Notes under the pieces: model-generated
The model's input: the letters and a program-made list of their open reading frames with translations, nothing else
Told to the model about the DNA's origin: nothing
Database searches by the model: none
Translations under genes and position numbers: made by a program
Shown here: positions 47,948-60,278 of the stretch, piece by piece
Position numbering within the stretch: the first letter of the stretch is position 1
Layout: each line of letters opens with the position of its first letter
Source: Catajapyx aquilonaris
Taxonomy: Eukaryota
DNA length: 60,278 bases
NCBI GenBank assembly: GCA_000934665.2
Contig: JYFJ02002240.1
Span: 1 to 60,278, forward strand
Reading direction: 5' to 3'

Positions 47948-50900
47948 TACTCCATACCATATTGCTCTTGCAAGAAGCAAAAGTGACAACGCTGCTGTTG
48001 ATGCATGAGAGCAGCGTTGCCATTTTATTCATATTAATTCTAATGCTAGAAATGTGGGAATTTCTGTGCAAAAATGTTCGCTCCATTTCTTTTGCTGCAG
48101 TGGTCCTCTCTCGTTTGATTCCAAGCCTGCTGCCCCCTTTTTCTCCCCCCTTCTCCATCTCCTGCTGAGGACCGGGTGTCGTCAGGGGGGTCCTGCTGGT
48201 GCGGGCATCACGTCCGCCCAGTAATCCGGTTATCAAGAAGCTATTCCTCCTTCCACCATTTTGTTCCGGTCCAGGACGGAAAAAGCCCCGTCTTCCTTTA
48301 TTAGTTCCTTAAACTGTGTTTCAATAACAGCGGGAACGAGGACGGAATTTGCAGCAATTCAGCAGGAGAACAATAAAAAAAGGGAGAGGGGGGGGGGATG
48401 GTTGGTCTCTCTTTCCCTTGGACCTCTCTGGGTGATGCTGGAGACGTTGGACCCCCCCTAAAAAAAAGAAGTAGCATGGGCGTCGAAAAGAGGATTAGGG
48501 TGGTGGTTGGGTGGGTCCTAACTGGGGGGAGGTTTATACGATAGAATCATCCCCCCCCTTTTCCTTTTTTCCCCCCCTCCTCCCACGCTAGTCCCCCCCA
48601 CCTCCTGTCCCTTAAAACTCGGTCTCGCTGCTGTCTTATCGGGTCTCTTTTGGTTGACTGCGCCTGACTTGGGGCTTTTGTGCCCGCGTTTGATGACTCA
48701 AGTGGAGTGCCTTTGTCGCCCAACGAGCGACGAGGATCGAGGGTCATTTGTTTCAAAATGGCCGGAATGAAAGCTTTCCTGGAGATTTTTCCTGGAGGTT
48801 TTTATGGCGCCCGGATTTCTTACTGGTTTATATGAGGGGGGGTTATTATGGAACGTAAGGCGAGGCTTCTGGCGCCGTGTCAGAGGGAGGGAGGGGGAGG
48901 TAGCTTTGTTGGCCCTAGGAGGAAGAAATAGTCATCAGGATGATTATAAGCTCACAGGGTGTAGAGTGGCGCAGTAAGAAGGCATAAAAAAATAAATCAG
49001 AAATGGTTTAAAAAACACCCTGTGTTCCAACTTGTGACACCCCCAAATCGGGTTAGAAAAAAACCGGAGCCGTGAGGGGCGATGACAGGCCCACCTGGAT
49101 TTCCCAGTAGGGATTTTTTCACGACTGTCCATGTCCTTTTGTTTACCCCCCTTTGATTGAGATTTGGACCTCCGTCACTGACTCTGCAGGCGATTTCAAG
49201 GTGGGAAATCCAAACGTGATTGGGTGGAAACCCCATTTTACCCTCCCCTCCTATAGAGAAAGAGAGAGAGCCTTTGATGCCTGCTGCTGCCCAATTGAGA
49301 GGCCTTTGTCGAAACGAATCAATCACTGCGAGGAAGTCAATGATAAGGATTAATGTGCGCGTAATTTAGCGACAGGAGATTAGCGAATTTGGGGGCCTTC
49401 GGGAGGAGGAAAAAGGAGCGTGCTTATCTGATGGTTTGTCTCTGACTCACTGATTGTATACAAGATAGTCGCGATGGCCTATTTTAAACTATCCAGCTTG
49501 TAGTAATCGTGCATGAGAAATATTGCAGATGCCGATTGGAGCATGCTTTGAGCGGCTTCATCTTTATTTTATAGCCATTAGCTACACACGTTTGCATAAT
49601 TCACGTTGATAAATCGCACCATTACAAACAATAATCCGTGTATTTTTTTGTACAATATCCTGTATCCTTCGCATAGCAAAGGGACAGTCTGAAATAAAAG
49701 GGAGTGAGCGCACTAACTCACTCGTTTTTTTTTTTTTCTTCTTCGTCGTCTCCATCTACCTTTTTGGAATCTACCTTTTCCACAGGTCTGAGTCAGGTTT
49801 TCCTTTTGCTCCCGCCGCGAAAGACAAAGTGCCGCTTGGTCTGTAAGAGCCAAATGACTTAATCCAAAGGCTTAAAAGTTGTAAATGAGGATCCCTTGCC
49901 CCCGGACGAGCCTTTCGGGGGGGTTTGGAAGGAGGGGTAAGGTTGTAGAAGAGCCACAGGGATTACTGTATGGGGTCAACGCCAAAGTTTCTTGTCAACT
50001 CGGGGAGGAGCAAAAAGGATGACCGAGGGTATACTACTTGGGCGTTGGTACAGTTCGAGTCTAAATGGATGGCACACGATTTTCCAGAGACGACGACAAA
50101 TTAGGCAATTGATTATCTTAGGTCTGCCACGTTTGGAGATACCTCGCTGGGACTAATTCCTCTCTTGCTTCCCACGTCCGTGCAGATCAGATCATATGTA
50201 TATCTCTTTTTTTGGAGCGGTTCGGCACATTTACATTATCAGTGTTTTACACCCTCTATTTCAGTTAGGGCATGTGATTTAATTAGCTATTTGGTTCTAA
50301 ATTCCATGCTCATTACACTACTTTGCAAGGGTAAACAAATTAAGCCACTCTCTATATGGGGGAACAAGGCATCGAAAATAATTGCTACGTTATTATTTTG
50401 TGATAGAAAAATTTCATTGAATTTCAGCAGGTAAACAGAAAATAAGCGTTTAATTGAAAATATTTTGCCATATTAAAAAGGTGTGTTTAGTTGACTCTCG
50501 TTTGGATTTATACAACATTATATAAACTTTTACTTTGCACATCTGTACGACCATGTGTGTATAGGTCCAGGCTTGAGCAATTTGTAGCTGCAACGTTATC
50601 TAACCCCAACGTGTCTTGTATAATGGCGCCATAAAATTACACGTACAAAACGAGAGTTTTTTTAACAAAAAATAACTGCACCGTTGTGTAAACAGTCGGG
50701 TGTATAGTTTGCTCAATATTGTTTCAGGAATAAGCAGTGCTAAAACTGGAGTATTTCTCAGTAAGTCTTTACATAACCAGCAATGTGGAAAGAACTCATG
50801 TGTCACATCATGCGCGTAATTGTAATTGGCAACCACAACCAAAGTTTATTCCCCAATTAGGAAAACCATGCAGGACCATGCAATGTAAAGCGCTTGTGAA

Positions 50901-53900
50901 TTAAATGCCACTTTCGCTCGAAACAAACAGTGACGAATACCCCCAACATTTTCGGGAGGCACCGAACAGAAGACCAACATTGTGTGCTTCATTGGGGACT
51001 TAATTTTGGCATCGTCTTGAGGCAAGTGCCCACCTGCCCAGCTGCGCACGGTGGGGGCCACATAATCAAGCTGTTTAGATGCTAGGGGCGTCTCTTGAAA
51101 CTCTAACCGACCAGGGGTGACTTTGGATGGGAGAAAAACGGGGAGGTCACAAGTGCCTCTGTACGCTGGAAATAAAACGTGTGTGTGTGTGTGATGCACC
51201 GAGTGATCATGCAATAAACCAGAAGGTCCTCCTCTCCCCCCCAAAAAAGGACCACGCCCTACTGATCTCGGATCACATAAGCGACAAATTCTTCCGGATG
51301 CCCAACTTTTCAAGGAGTGCTTTGTGCTGTTGGCGATAACAGGAGAGGACCAGAAAGCAAAAGCCTATGAAGAATGTAGCGGCTCCGGTAGATTATATAC
51401 GAAAAAAAAGAAAGAGAGAAGACCCCCATCTTTTTCTCAATTTTTTTTTATAGCTTGTATATATACCTGGCCTCTGGGCGTATTATTTTTGTTCGTTGCC
51501 AGTTGTGGCCATAATGCCGTAATTTGTCTGCCGACTTGCCACATTTGTCAGGGTCTTGGCTACAAATTCGAGATGAAAGGTCCCGATAGGCTGAGAATGT
51601 GCCTGGGATGGTCAAGTCCCCTGTTACTCCGGTAGTCACCTGGTCGCCGATTGCTTTTCTCCAATAAGTCTAACCGCCTGTAAATAGAACCCAGATTAGC
51701 GTCAAAAAATTCCGGAAATTAAAATATTTTTACCATGGAGGGTATTAAAGCTGATCACATTAGGAAGGAGAAACGTGCTATGAAAAATAACTAATAACAA
51801 TAAAAAAGGAAGTAGTAGCTCCCATAGTTTGACAAACCCCGTTTTTTCCCGCTGCTTTGATAGCGGGCTATTGAGCTTATCTTATAAAGAGCTGGCTTTC
51901 CATTTGGAGTATAATAATTTTTTTGTGTGCCTTGTTTCTTCTCCCAGGAGTCTTGGCCCCAGACAATAAGTAGTCTGGTGCTTCATCCGAGGAATGTGGT
52001 CCACTCGTGCGTTTCGCAGCTCGTGAATAAGAAGACTGCCGGTGCAATTAAAAAGCACCGTTGCCGCGCATACTCTCCTTTTACTTCGCAATATTTTTCT
52101 TAACCTGATATACCGTCCGGCTGGTTGAGAATAAATTGCGACAGTTACGGTTCGAGCGGTCCAATAATTTAGTGGACTTTTACGTGGCGTGACTGTCGCT
52201 TGTTGAAAACCGATTGCGTAAAAACATTGGGCAGTACTCTTGAAGACTGGTCATTCGTGAGCCCCGAGTTTTATCTCCGGGTATTTTGTATGCGGTCTGT
52301 AAACACATACGTCCTTATCTAAGTCTTATACATGTCCCAGAGATTAAAGGTACTGTCGCTCAATCAGACGATCCAATCTACGAAATCGTGGAGCATATAA
52401 GGATATGAAAATGCGAAATCGATACTTTTTGTCAAAACTTTATTTAATTTAGCAGCATAGCACAGGGACACTGTGCAACAATACCCGATCCGATAACAAA
52501 GCCTCCGAACAAACCGAGCCAATTATAAAATTCTAATCCACACGTGCCATATTGCCCGGATCATGTTATCTCTTTTATAATATGTTATATAGAGATGTGT
52601 ATCCGATCCAAGGGGCGTCTGGACATGAAATTGAATAAAAAAGAAAGGAAGCTGGATTGAATGTGACGGCGGCACCATGGGAGGAGCCCTCCCTCAGTCT
52701 TCTGCCAGCAGCAACTTTTATATGGGGGGGCGGCCCGGGCACTTTTTTTTTTCTCCGGAGGTGTGGGGGTCCGGTTGACAAGCTGAAGCTGCCAGGGGTG
52801 GGGAGGGGGTGTGATGAACGGCTCCCTTTCTGGCCGAATGGGCTAATTAACGAAGAACTGATAAGAGCCTGGCTACCGGAGTTACAGACCAGATAGTTAA
52901 AAAAAATTTAAAACAAAAAAAAAGTGAACGGGAGCAGAACACAGGTTAACGGCATATGTACAGGGTGAGGCGGGCTGTAATTGAGAAATCAGCATATTAG
53001 TTTTTGGTAATATTTGGCAGAATGAACTTTCAACTGCAGTATATATTTGACGCCATATAAGACGGAGTAGATCATATTCAGGAAAAATGGTTTTTATTGT
53101 ATTAAGACGCATGGCGATTTTTAAAGCCATTTTTGGAGGAAAAAACTTGCGCCTTTTATGCCGTCAAATAATGTGACGTACTAGTTGAGTGCACTGGACT
53201 GATCGAAAGCATTGTTTGCTGACTGTAATAAACAATCGCACAAAGTACGTTAGTCTACAGCTTTATCTATGAGAATCTGGCCTGGATGACAAACACTGGT
53301 GCCTGATCTTTTATAGGGGCGTTTAATCTTAGCGGCGACGCTTGCACGGAAATAAATTGTTGTTACCTGACATTTAAATACCGGGTGTGACATCACCCCG
53401 CGAGCATCGCCGGTTCAAAAATAGCACACCCACCTCGTACTATAAGAGGCGAATATGCTCGTAATCAGACGGACATTGATTTGCTTTTTTCGTCAATCAG
53501 TTTATTTATCTCCGGCGCATTTACGAGCCTATTCTCAATCTTAAAAATGAGCCATTAGGATATAACCTGTTGGGCCTATCCTACGCACAGACTCTCTCCG
53601 AATCCGGGGTGAAAGATAGGGATACAGGCATTAGTTTTCATCCTACTCGGACAAGGCGGTCGCATAAATCTTTCATTGCCTTAGTCGTGTGTGGTTGGTC
53701 CTCTATAAGCTTGTTGTCACCATAATGATGTCGCCGTGCAGTAACACAAGCAGAATGCCAGATGAACCTTCCCTTTACTTTATTTTTTTTCAAAAGTTCT
53801 TCCATTTCCCTTGGCAGGGTTCCTAGCGCCCTGTTTTCACTTGTAGAGCGGCGGGAGCGGGGAGAAGTCACCAAACCACTTTTCATCATTAATCCTTTTT

Positions 53901-56900
53901 ATTGTCTTGATTTATAGCCCAATTAGTGCAAGGAAGGAATTAGGATCGGCTACTTGAAGTGCGCATTGAGGCTCAAGTGGGGGGGTGCAAATTGGACTAC
54001 AGCAGTTCTTCGAAGGTGGGTGAGGTTGGGTTTTCGAGGTGGGGGTTTTTTAGGTTGGGATACCACTGCACTGCAAAAGAGCCCTAGAGAGGGTTCCCTT
54101 TCCCCAATCCCACACAAAAAGGGGGCTTCCCCAAAAACGACGGATTTATCGCTCGACCTGTGAGGGGGAAATTAATATCGGGGAAAGGAAGGAAGGCCGG
54201 ACGTCACCATTATCAGATTCTTTCCACTGCCTTGTCTGAAAGGTTGTGTGCCAGCCAGGATAAAAAGGGGGGATCCGAAGTATATTAATCCTGAAACAGT
54301 TTTTGAAAAGTCATGCGACCGGCCGGAGGGTCCCACATTCCTGCGACTGGTTTTCTCAGAAATTTTTCAAGAGTTGATCATACCGCATTTCATACCTTAG
54401 CCTTTTGACTGCAAAAGGGGAAACGGTAGCTTGCTCACTCAAGCTGATAGGTTGCTATATAGGTGGGGTAGGGAAAAAAAGGCTTTTTCTGAAGGGACCG
54501 ACCGACATAAAGCACCTTTCTGGCACTGCCAACAGGTATTTGAAGCATCTCAATTCTTAGGAGATGGTGGGTGGGGAAAAGGCGGTAGACTTTTCTTCTT
54601 TTCCTTTTTTCCCCCCTCCAAAGTGACTCCTGACTGGATTCCTAATTAAAATTTCGTTCGGCTGTCTCCAACTGCGCGGTTTTTGCCTTTTTCTGCTTCT
54701 GCTGGTCGAGAGAGGACACTTCTGTAGAATGGGAGAGAAGTTTTGTGGTGGAATTCATGGAATGGCTTGTACAATAATTTGGTGATGTTTTTATATTGCG
54801 TGACTGCTGCTAACTGGACTCGGCGGCATGTCGCATTTTAAAATTTGGCATCGGTGCAAATGACTTTTCTTTTCCAGCCAACTTATGATGTCAAAATTAT
54901 TTTTGACGCCTCTCAACGCACCCACACGTGCGGATCATTTTTGCAATTACCTCACGTGTTTCTAGAGAAGATGCAAGTTTTTGCCACACCCTGTACTCCG
55001 CTGCCTCTATCATAAGCTTCAAACCGTGACCTGAAACTATCCCGCCTTGATACACGTTTAAGAGTGTATGCAAAAGCTTATTATAACGTGCCACTTTCAC
55101 CTTCATTTTCCAAAGTTAAAAGCCGGCTCCCGAAAAGTATCGCCTACTCAGGGTTTCATTAGCCTAAATAATAACACCTGTGATATTTTACGACGGCGTG
55201 AAAGAAACAACTCCCTTATATTATTCCATCTAAGAATTTAGTAGTCACTTCGCGCCGCACTTAGCCAAGCACCGTATTTTTACCCCGTGGTAGCGCTACC
55301 TCATCATCCAGGTCGGATTATAGAGGTTAACTGCTCTTAATTTCCATGTAAATGACACTGCGCAGCCCGGTGCATAATATGCAGATCAGGCAACAACCCC
55401 CCCTCTCTCCCCCCCAAAAAAGTTTGCCCCCCCTACTCTCTCCTTTTGTGTCTTCATCACTGCAAAGTTATAAATGATGGGGGTCTGACAGAAGCGATGA
55501 CGATATGTGAACTGTTATTTGCTGCCAATGTCATTATTGGATCATTAATATTATTACACACCTCGGCATGTATAAGAGCGGGGTTGTGATGTAAGGGGGA
55601 GGATAGTAATTAATCAAGCTCAGTCACTTGTGGTCAGAAAGTAGACTGACACGTTGCTGTAAATCTCGTAGGGGGATAATACTCATATTTTTTTCCCCCC
55701 ACCCGAAGGAAGGGTATAAACCGGTTAATGCAGAAATTACTAAGCAGGCGAGGAATGAATATTGAAGCGGTCGCAATTTATGGATCACGTGGAAAATGTG
55801 TTCATTGCCCGATAATAACGCTGCCAGACGGGAAAGGTTGCAGGATGTAGTGGGAGGGAACAGAATATGCAAAAAAAAAAGCTTCTAAAATTCCTGGAAG
55901 TTTGTTGCCAATTTTTCAGCCATTTGAAAACTTTGCAAGGGAACTGTTCTTAAGACAAAGCGATATCGAGGAGCACAATCTGATTAATTATCGGCCAACT
56001 AATTGCCTCCAGGTTGTTGCATCGTACTTGTGAACGCCCACTTTTATATCAGGGAGCCATGCCAAGCACCACCACACCAAAAACTTTGGGGAATGGTCGT
56101 GCTGGCTCAATTAGCCATCAAAATGCTCCCCATAACAAGTGCTGATAAGCACATTCTTCGTCCCAAAGTTGCGCGATTGTTCGATACCACCCGACAATTC
56201 AAATACCTCTGAAAAGTGAAATTAATTTGGCCAGAGTTTACCGGAAAGTTGCGCTCATTATTCGGGCGTCCGGAACTCGATTCACACGAAAAATATTTAT
56301 GTGTAAGGGTTTCAATTATTTCGCGGTGCAGTTCGCATGTCAATGAAATAATTGTTTATTGGACCAACTGGACGTGCAGAAGTGGACTGATTCTGTATTT
56401 TCACCTCTCCTTGAATTTTAGCTCGTGGGTTCAACCTTACATACAAAAAAAACGAGTCGTAAGCAGTTACACCTCCTTTGTGAATCCAGCATGTAGATTT
56501 ATAGGTTAGAGGAGCGAAGGGCCTGCATTCAGCAGCATGTGAGGCTTCCAGTAATGTATGCATGAGGCGTTTGAAGCTGCTCCCAAAAGGTTCTCCCTCT
56601 GAAGGAGTTGGGGGTGAGAGTGAGAGAGAGAGAAGAAAAAAAATTCAACGCCCGCCAGCGTTTATCTAAATTGTCCTCTCGCAGCTGGCTATATCGGAGA
56701 AGGAAGTGAAGTCGTGCTATACGAGTCTAAGGGTAGGGTAGGAACCCCCCCCCCCTCCTTTTCCAATCCTCCCCCTCCTCCTCCTCTCCCCATCGTCTGT
56801 GCCGCCGATCCCGCTATTCAATTCCCAACTATCGCCTCCGATAGGCCATGATGAATTGCTTGTGCGCCAGCCGTGATGCCGTGGTAAAACTGACAAGTGA

Positions 56901-59900
56901 CAACTATTTAAAGCCCATCATCGCCCCTGCCCCTTATCGGGCCCGGGGCCTATTCGAAAATAGTTGGGTAATTTCCTCTCTTGTTTGGCCGGCTCTATCT
57001 TTCATTTACGCCGAATTTCTTATTCCAATTTCCCCTGTCTGTCAGGAACAAAATGAGTCATTTTCTGATAAGGCATCATATTTGAAACCTTCATCCATAA
57101 CATCCTTCTCCAAATTACAATAAGCTGTAATACTGATAGCTGGGTTGCTGGCAGGGGTGGGGGGAAAGAGGAGGGGGGGGAGGGGAAGACGGAGCGCGTC
57201 GAGAGTTCCGAAGCATTTACACAAGGAGAGAGCGAGAGAACAAGGCCCGGGCGTCGGAGGCGTCAGATTGAAAAGAGACGCCCCAGAAAAATGGGTAGGG
57301 GGGGAGGATGCAAGAAAAAGAATTTTATTCTGGAGGCGAGGGAGCATCGGAGGGCAGGGCCCTTTTCGCCCTGATAGAACAGAATGGAAGAAATTCGGAG
57401 GAGGGGGAAGGTGAAGGAGGGAGGGAGGGAGGGGTGGAGATAAGGAGAAATTAATGAAGAGAAAGTTGGAGCGTCGGACGAGTGTCATCGAAGTTTCGGA
57501 GAATGAGCTTTGCCAGCCCTGTTTGCCTGCAACTTGAATAGCTTTTTTCCCCCCTCCCCCTTCGAAACTCTTCTCTTTGGTGCTTGATTTTTTTTTTCTC
57601 TCTTTTCGATTTCATCATGGCTACACTCACCACCCCACCTTTTTTATATTTTGGGAAAGAAATGGTACCAACAGGTGGGGATTTCTGAGGGAAAATAGGG
57701 TGTGTGACAGGTACAACAAGTGATATGATTTTTTTGGGTAATTAAAAATTTGTTGTGTTCCACCCAGCTCGTGTGATACTTTGATAACTGCAGAAATAGC
57801 CTAGCTTTTTTTAAAAAATGAGATTACATTGCTCGACCCTTCCATTGATCGTTATATATAGTTTTAACTTAGAAAATTTGTTAGCAATGTTATAGGAGTG
57901 TGTCATATATTGTACAATGTGATATAACACTGATATTGCTGATGAAACATTTTCAGCGCCATTCATTTTCAAGTTCTTGCCACTAAATGTCACGCACCCA
58001 TGACTAAATTTACTTAATTTTGGCCGAGAGTAAATTTATACGCAAAATTAATTTTGCAACAAGTATCAATCGACTCACTTCTATAGTGTTCATTTTGTTC
58101 GAATCTTTAAACTGACATCCTAAAATATGTAAAGAAAACTATAGGAATGACAAAAAAATAATTGCAATTACTATAATTATGACAGCTTACTGTCATAAAG
58201 TAATCAACAATAGTTTGAGAAGTTCAAATTAGATTCTTAGAAACAATGTTTTTTATTCTGTATATTTACCACGAAAAATGCAAGCACAGTGTACGTATAT
58301 ACAGTATATGTGAAGGTTTTAAAAATCATGAACGACTAGAGAATGTTCGACTGTTCTTCTATGACAATCTTATCAAACTGAGATTCAATTTCCTTCTCCA
58401 AAGCAACCTGCATCACCGAATCAACATACTGAATTGAATTGGGCTTTTCGTGTTTCAATTCCACCGAGGTCTAGTTAGGGTACACATGAAAGTTGTTGTC
58501 ATCATTACTTTTTGATGGACCTTTTAATTTCCACACTCACACTCTTGAGGAAGCTTTCCAAATGTTGGAAATAGGGGAAAAAAGCCAATTACCAATGGTT
58601 GTATGCCACTCGGGGGTCTTAATTTCCATGGCTTATACTGCATTTAACCAAGAAAATCGAATATGTCACCTCCTTTACGTTGAAGTATGCTGCCTTGAAG
58701 TATAACAAGGTGAGTATAGATCCTAAATTCAAAATTAAAGAGGAGCAACACAGTTTGGCCAGACAAAAAATCAGCCTCTGTCGAAGCCAAAATTAAAATG
58801 TCACCAATCAGTTAATAATTGCAACATATAGAAAATGTATGAATTAATGATCCTATACTAGCTAATCTAGTATCCCCTATAAACAGGTTACAAAACAGTA
58901 CCGGTAACCTACCGGTACTTAAAAATATTGTACGACTAGGAATTACGACTAGCCATTAAAAACATTGCGAAATTACAAAACCACTTTTATGGCATTTATT
59001 TTCTAAGCAAAGAAAAATATAAATGCTGCTATGAGTATATTGAGCAAATTAATCCATTCCCCATCATGTTTCATTCATCCCCCCCATTTGAATCATGATA
59101 TCTATATACAATCCCGCTATAAGCGTGCAAATTAGTTAACGGGGAAAAATAACATGCCGTATTATATTTGAAGTGTTAATAAGCAGGAAAAATCGCATTT
59201 AAAAAAAATTTAATTGTTAAATTGAAACATGAAATTATTTCCTTTTGCATGAGGCTCCACACAATGAATAATTTATATGGACTGCCTCATTTTCATATAG
59301 TAATTTTCATTTTAATACTGCTAGAGCTAGGGGTGTATTTTTTCTTAAGCTCTAGATTTTTTTATATAATTTAAAACATGTGCATATTCCTCAATGTAGT
59401 ATAATTTTATCATTAATTAGCAATATATTATCCACTGTACCGTAGCACTAATTATTCTCCATTAATGTTAAGAATTTTGTGAGTCACATTAATGCAGAAT
59501 AATTCTGCATTAAAGCTTTCTCTTTGGGCGATTTGTACTCTACGGTTAAAATTTTAACAATTATTGCCGTTAGTCGCTTGAACCGTACAAATCGCCCAAA
59601 GAGAAAGCAATTTGAAAAATTTGTGCCTCGTGATTTTTACGGCCTCGTTATTGTGGGGGGCGGGGGGGGGGGGGNGTACAAGCTAAGAAAAGTTTCCGGT
59701 TTCAAAAAATACCTCCAAAATTCTGTAAATTCCTTCTAGGTTCCCTCTAAAAGGAGTGCCTAAATTTTTTGAGTATTTGCACGGAACCCTCCCTAAATGT
59801 GATCCAATTAGAAACCCAAGCCCGAATTTTTCATTTTCTTTTCCTCCCAGTATTTCTCAGAGAATTTGGCGCTGTTGCCACCCGCTTTAAAACCGCCAGA

Positions 59901-60278
59901 AAAATCTCCCCTCATATATACCTTCCTCCACCCCCTCCCCTCTCTCCAAAATGGAGAAGGAGAACGACTGCAGATTGCAGGTTTTCAACATCGCTCCGGA
60001 GATAAGCCGGCAAAGAAATTGTGAAAGGGGATTATTACTGTAATTTCGCTCCATTTTTGGAGGCATCTTGTTAGACGGGCCAAGGATAATTTTTCCGCCC
60101 ATGAAATATATATTTTTTAAACGCACCGTATGTCACCCCATATTTTCCGGAGACATTGTCCCCCAAAAAATTACCTAGCGCACGTCCGATGTGTTGATCG
60201 CACATGAGCCCAGCCCATGTTTTTTGGTGGGTGTGGAAAATGAAGTTCTGTATACACAGTGTGTATATAGCACCCCCC

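Noticed and set aside
52850..52868. Resemblance to the 3' part of miR-184 (ACGAAGAACTGATAAGAGC)
   Set aside because: The seed region does not match and no precursor hairpin is evident
1..60278. CRISPR arrays, rRNA/tRNA genes, operons or intact transposase/retroelement ORFs
   Set aside because: None seen; the sequence is eukaryotic and no repeat-spacer pattern or long TE ORF is present

Overview
Eukaryotic genomic DNA, most consistent with an arthropod (spliceosomal introns as short as 58 nt, two N bases indicating a draft assembly). The first 29 kb hold four intron-containing genes that can be assembled exon by exon with consistent splice phases: (1) the 3' part of an RGS12/RGS14/loco-type gene (+; RGS domain, two Ras-binding domains, GoLoco motif), with several candidate alternative 5' exons; (2) uroporphyrinogen-III synthase (UROS, -), convergent with it; (3) a two-pore-domain K+ channel (+; 5 coding exons, 407 aa), head-to-head with UROS; (4) a probably secreted tandem CUB-domain protein (+; about 473 aa) whose best model needs two GC-AG introns. 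From about 30 kb to the end I can assemble no protein-coding gene; this is a long non-coding stretch with small transposon relics (Tc1/mariner-type MITE, Helitron-like fragment). I found no convincing new multi-gene system. The most notable observations are the paired GC donors, a 151-bp loop-less palindrome, the alternative RGS N-termini and the likely overlapping 3' ends of the RGS and UROS genes.
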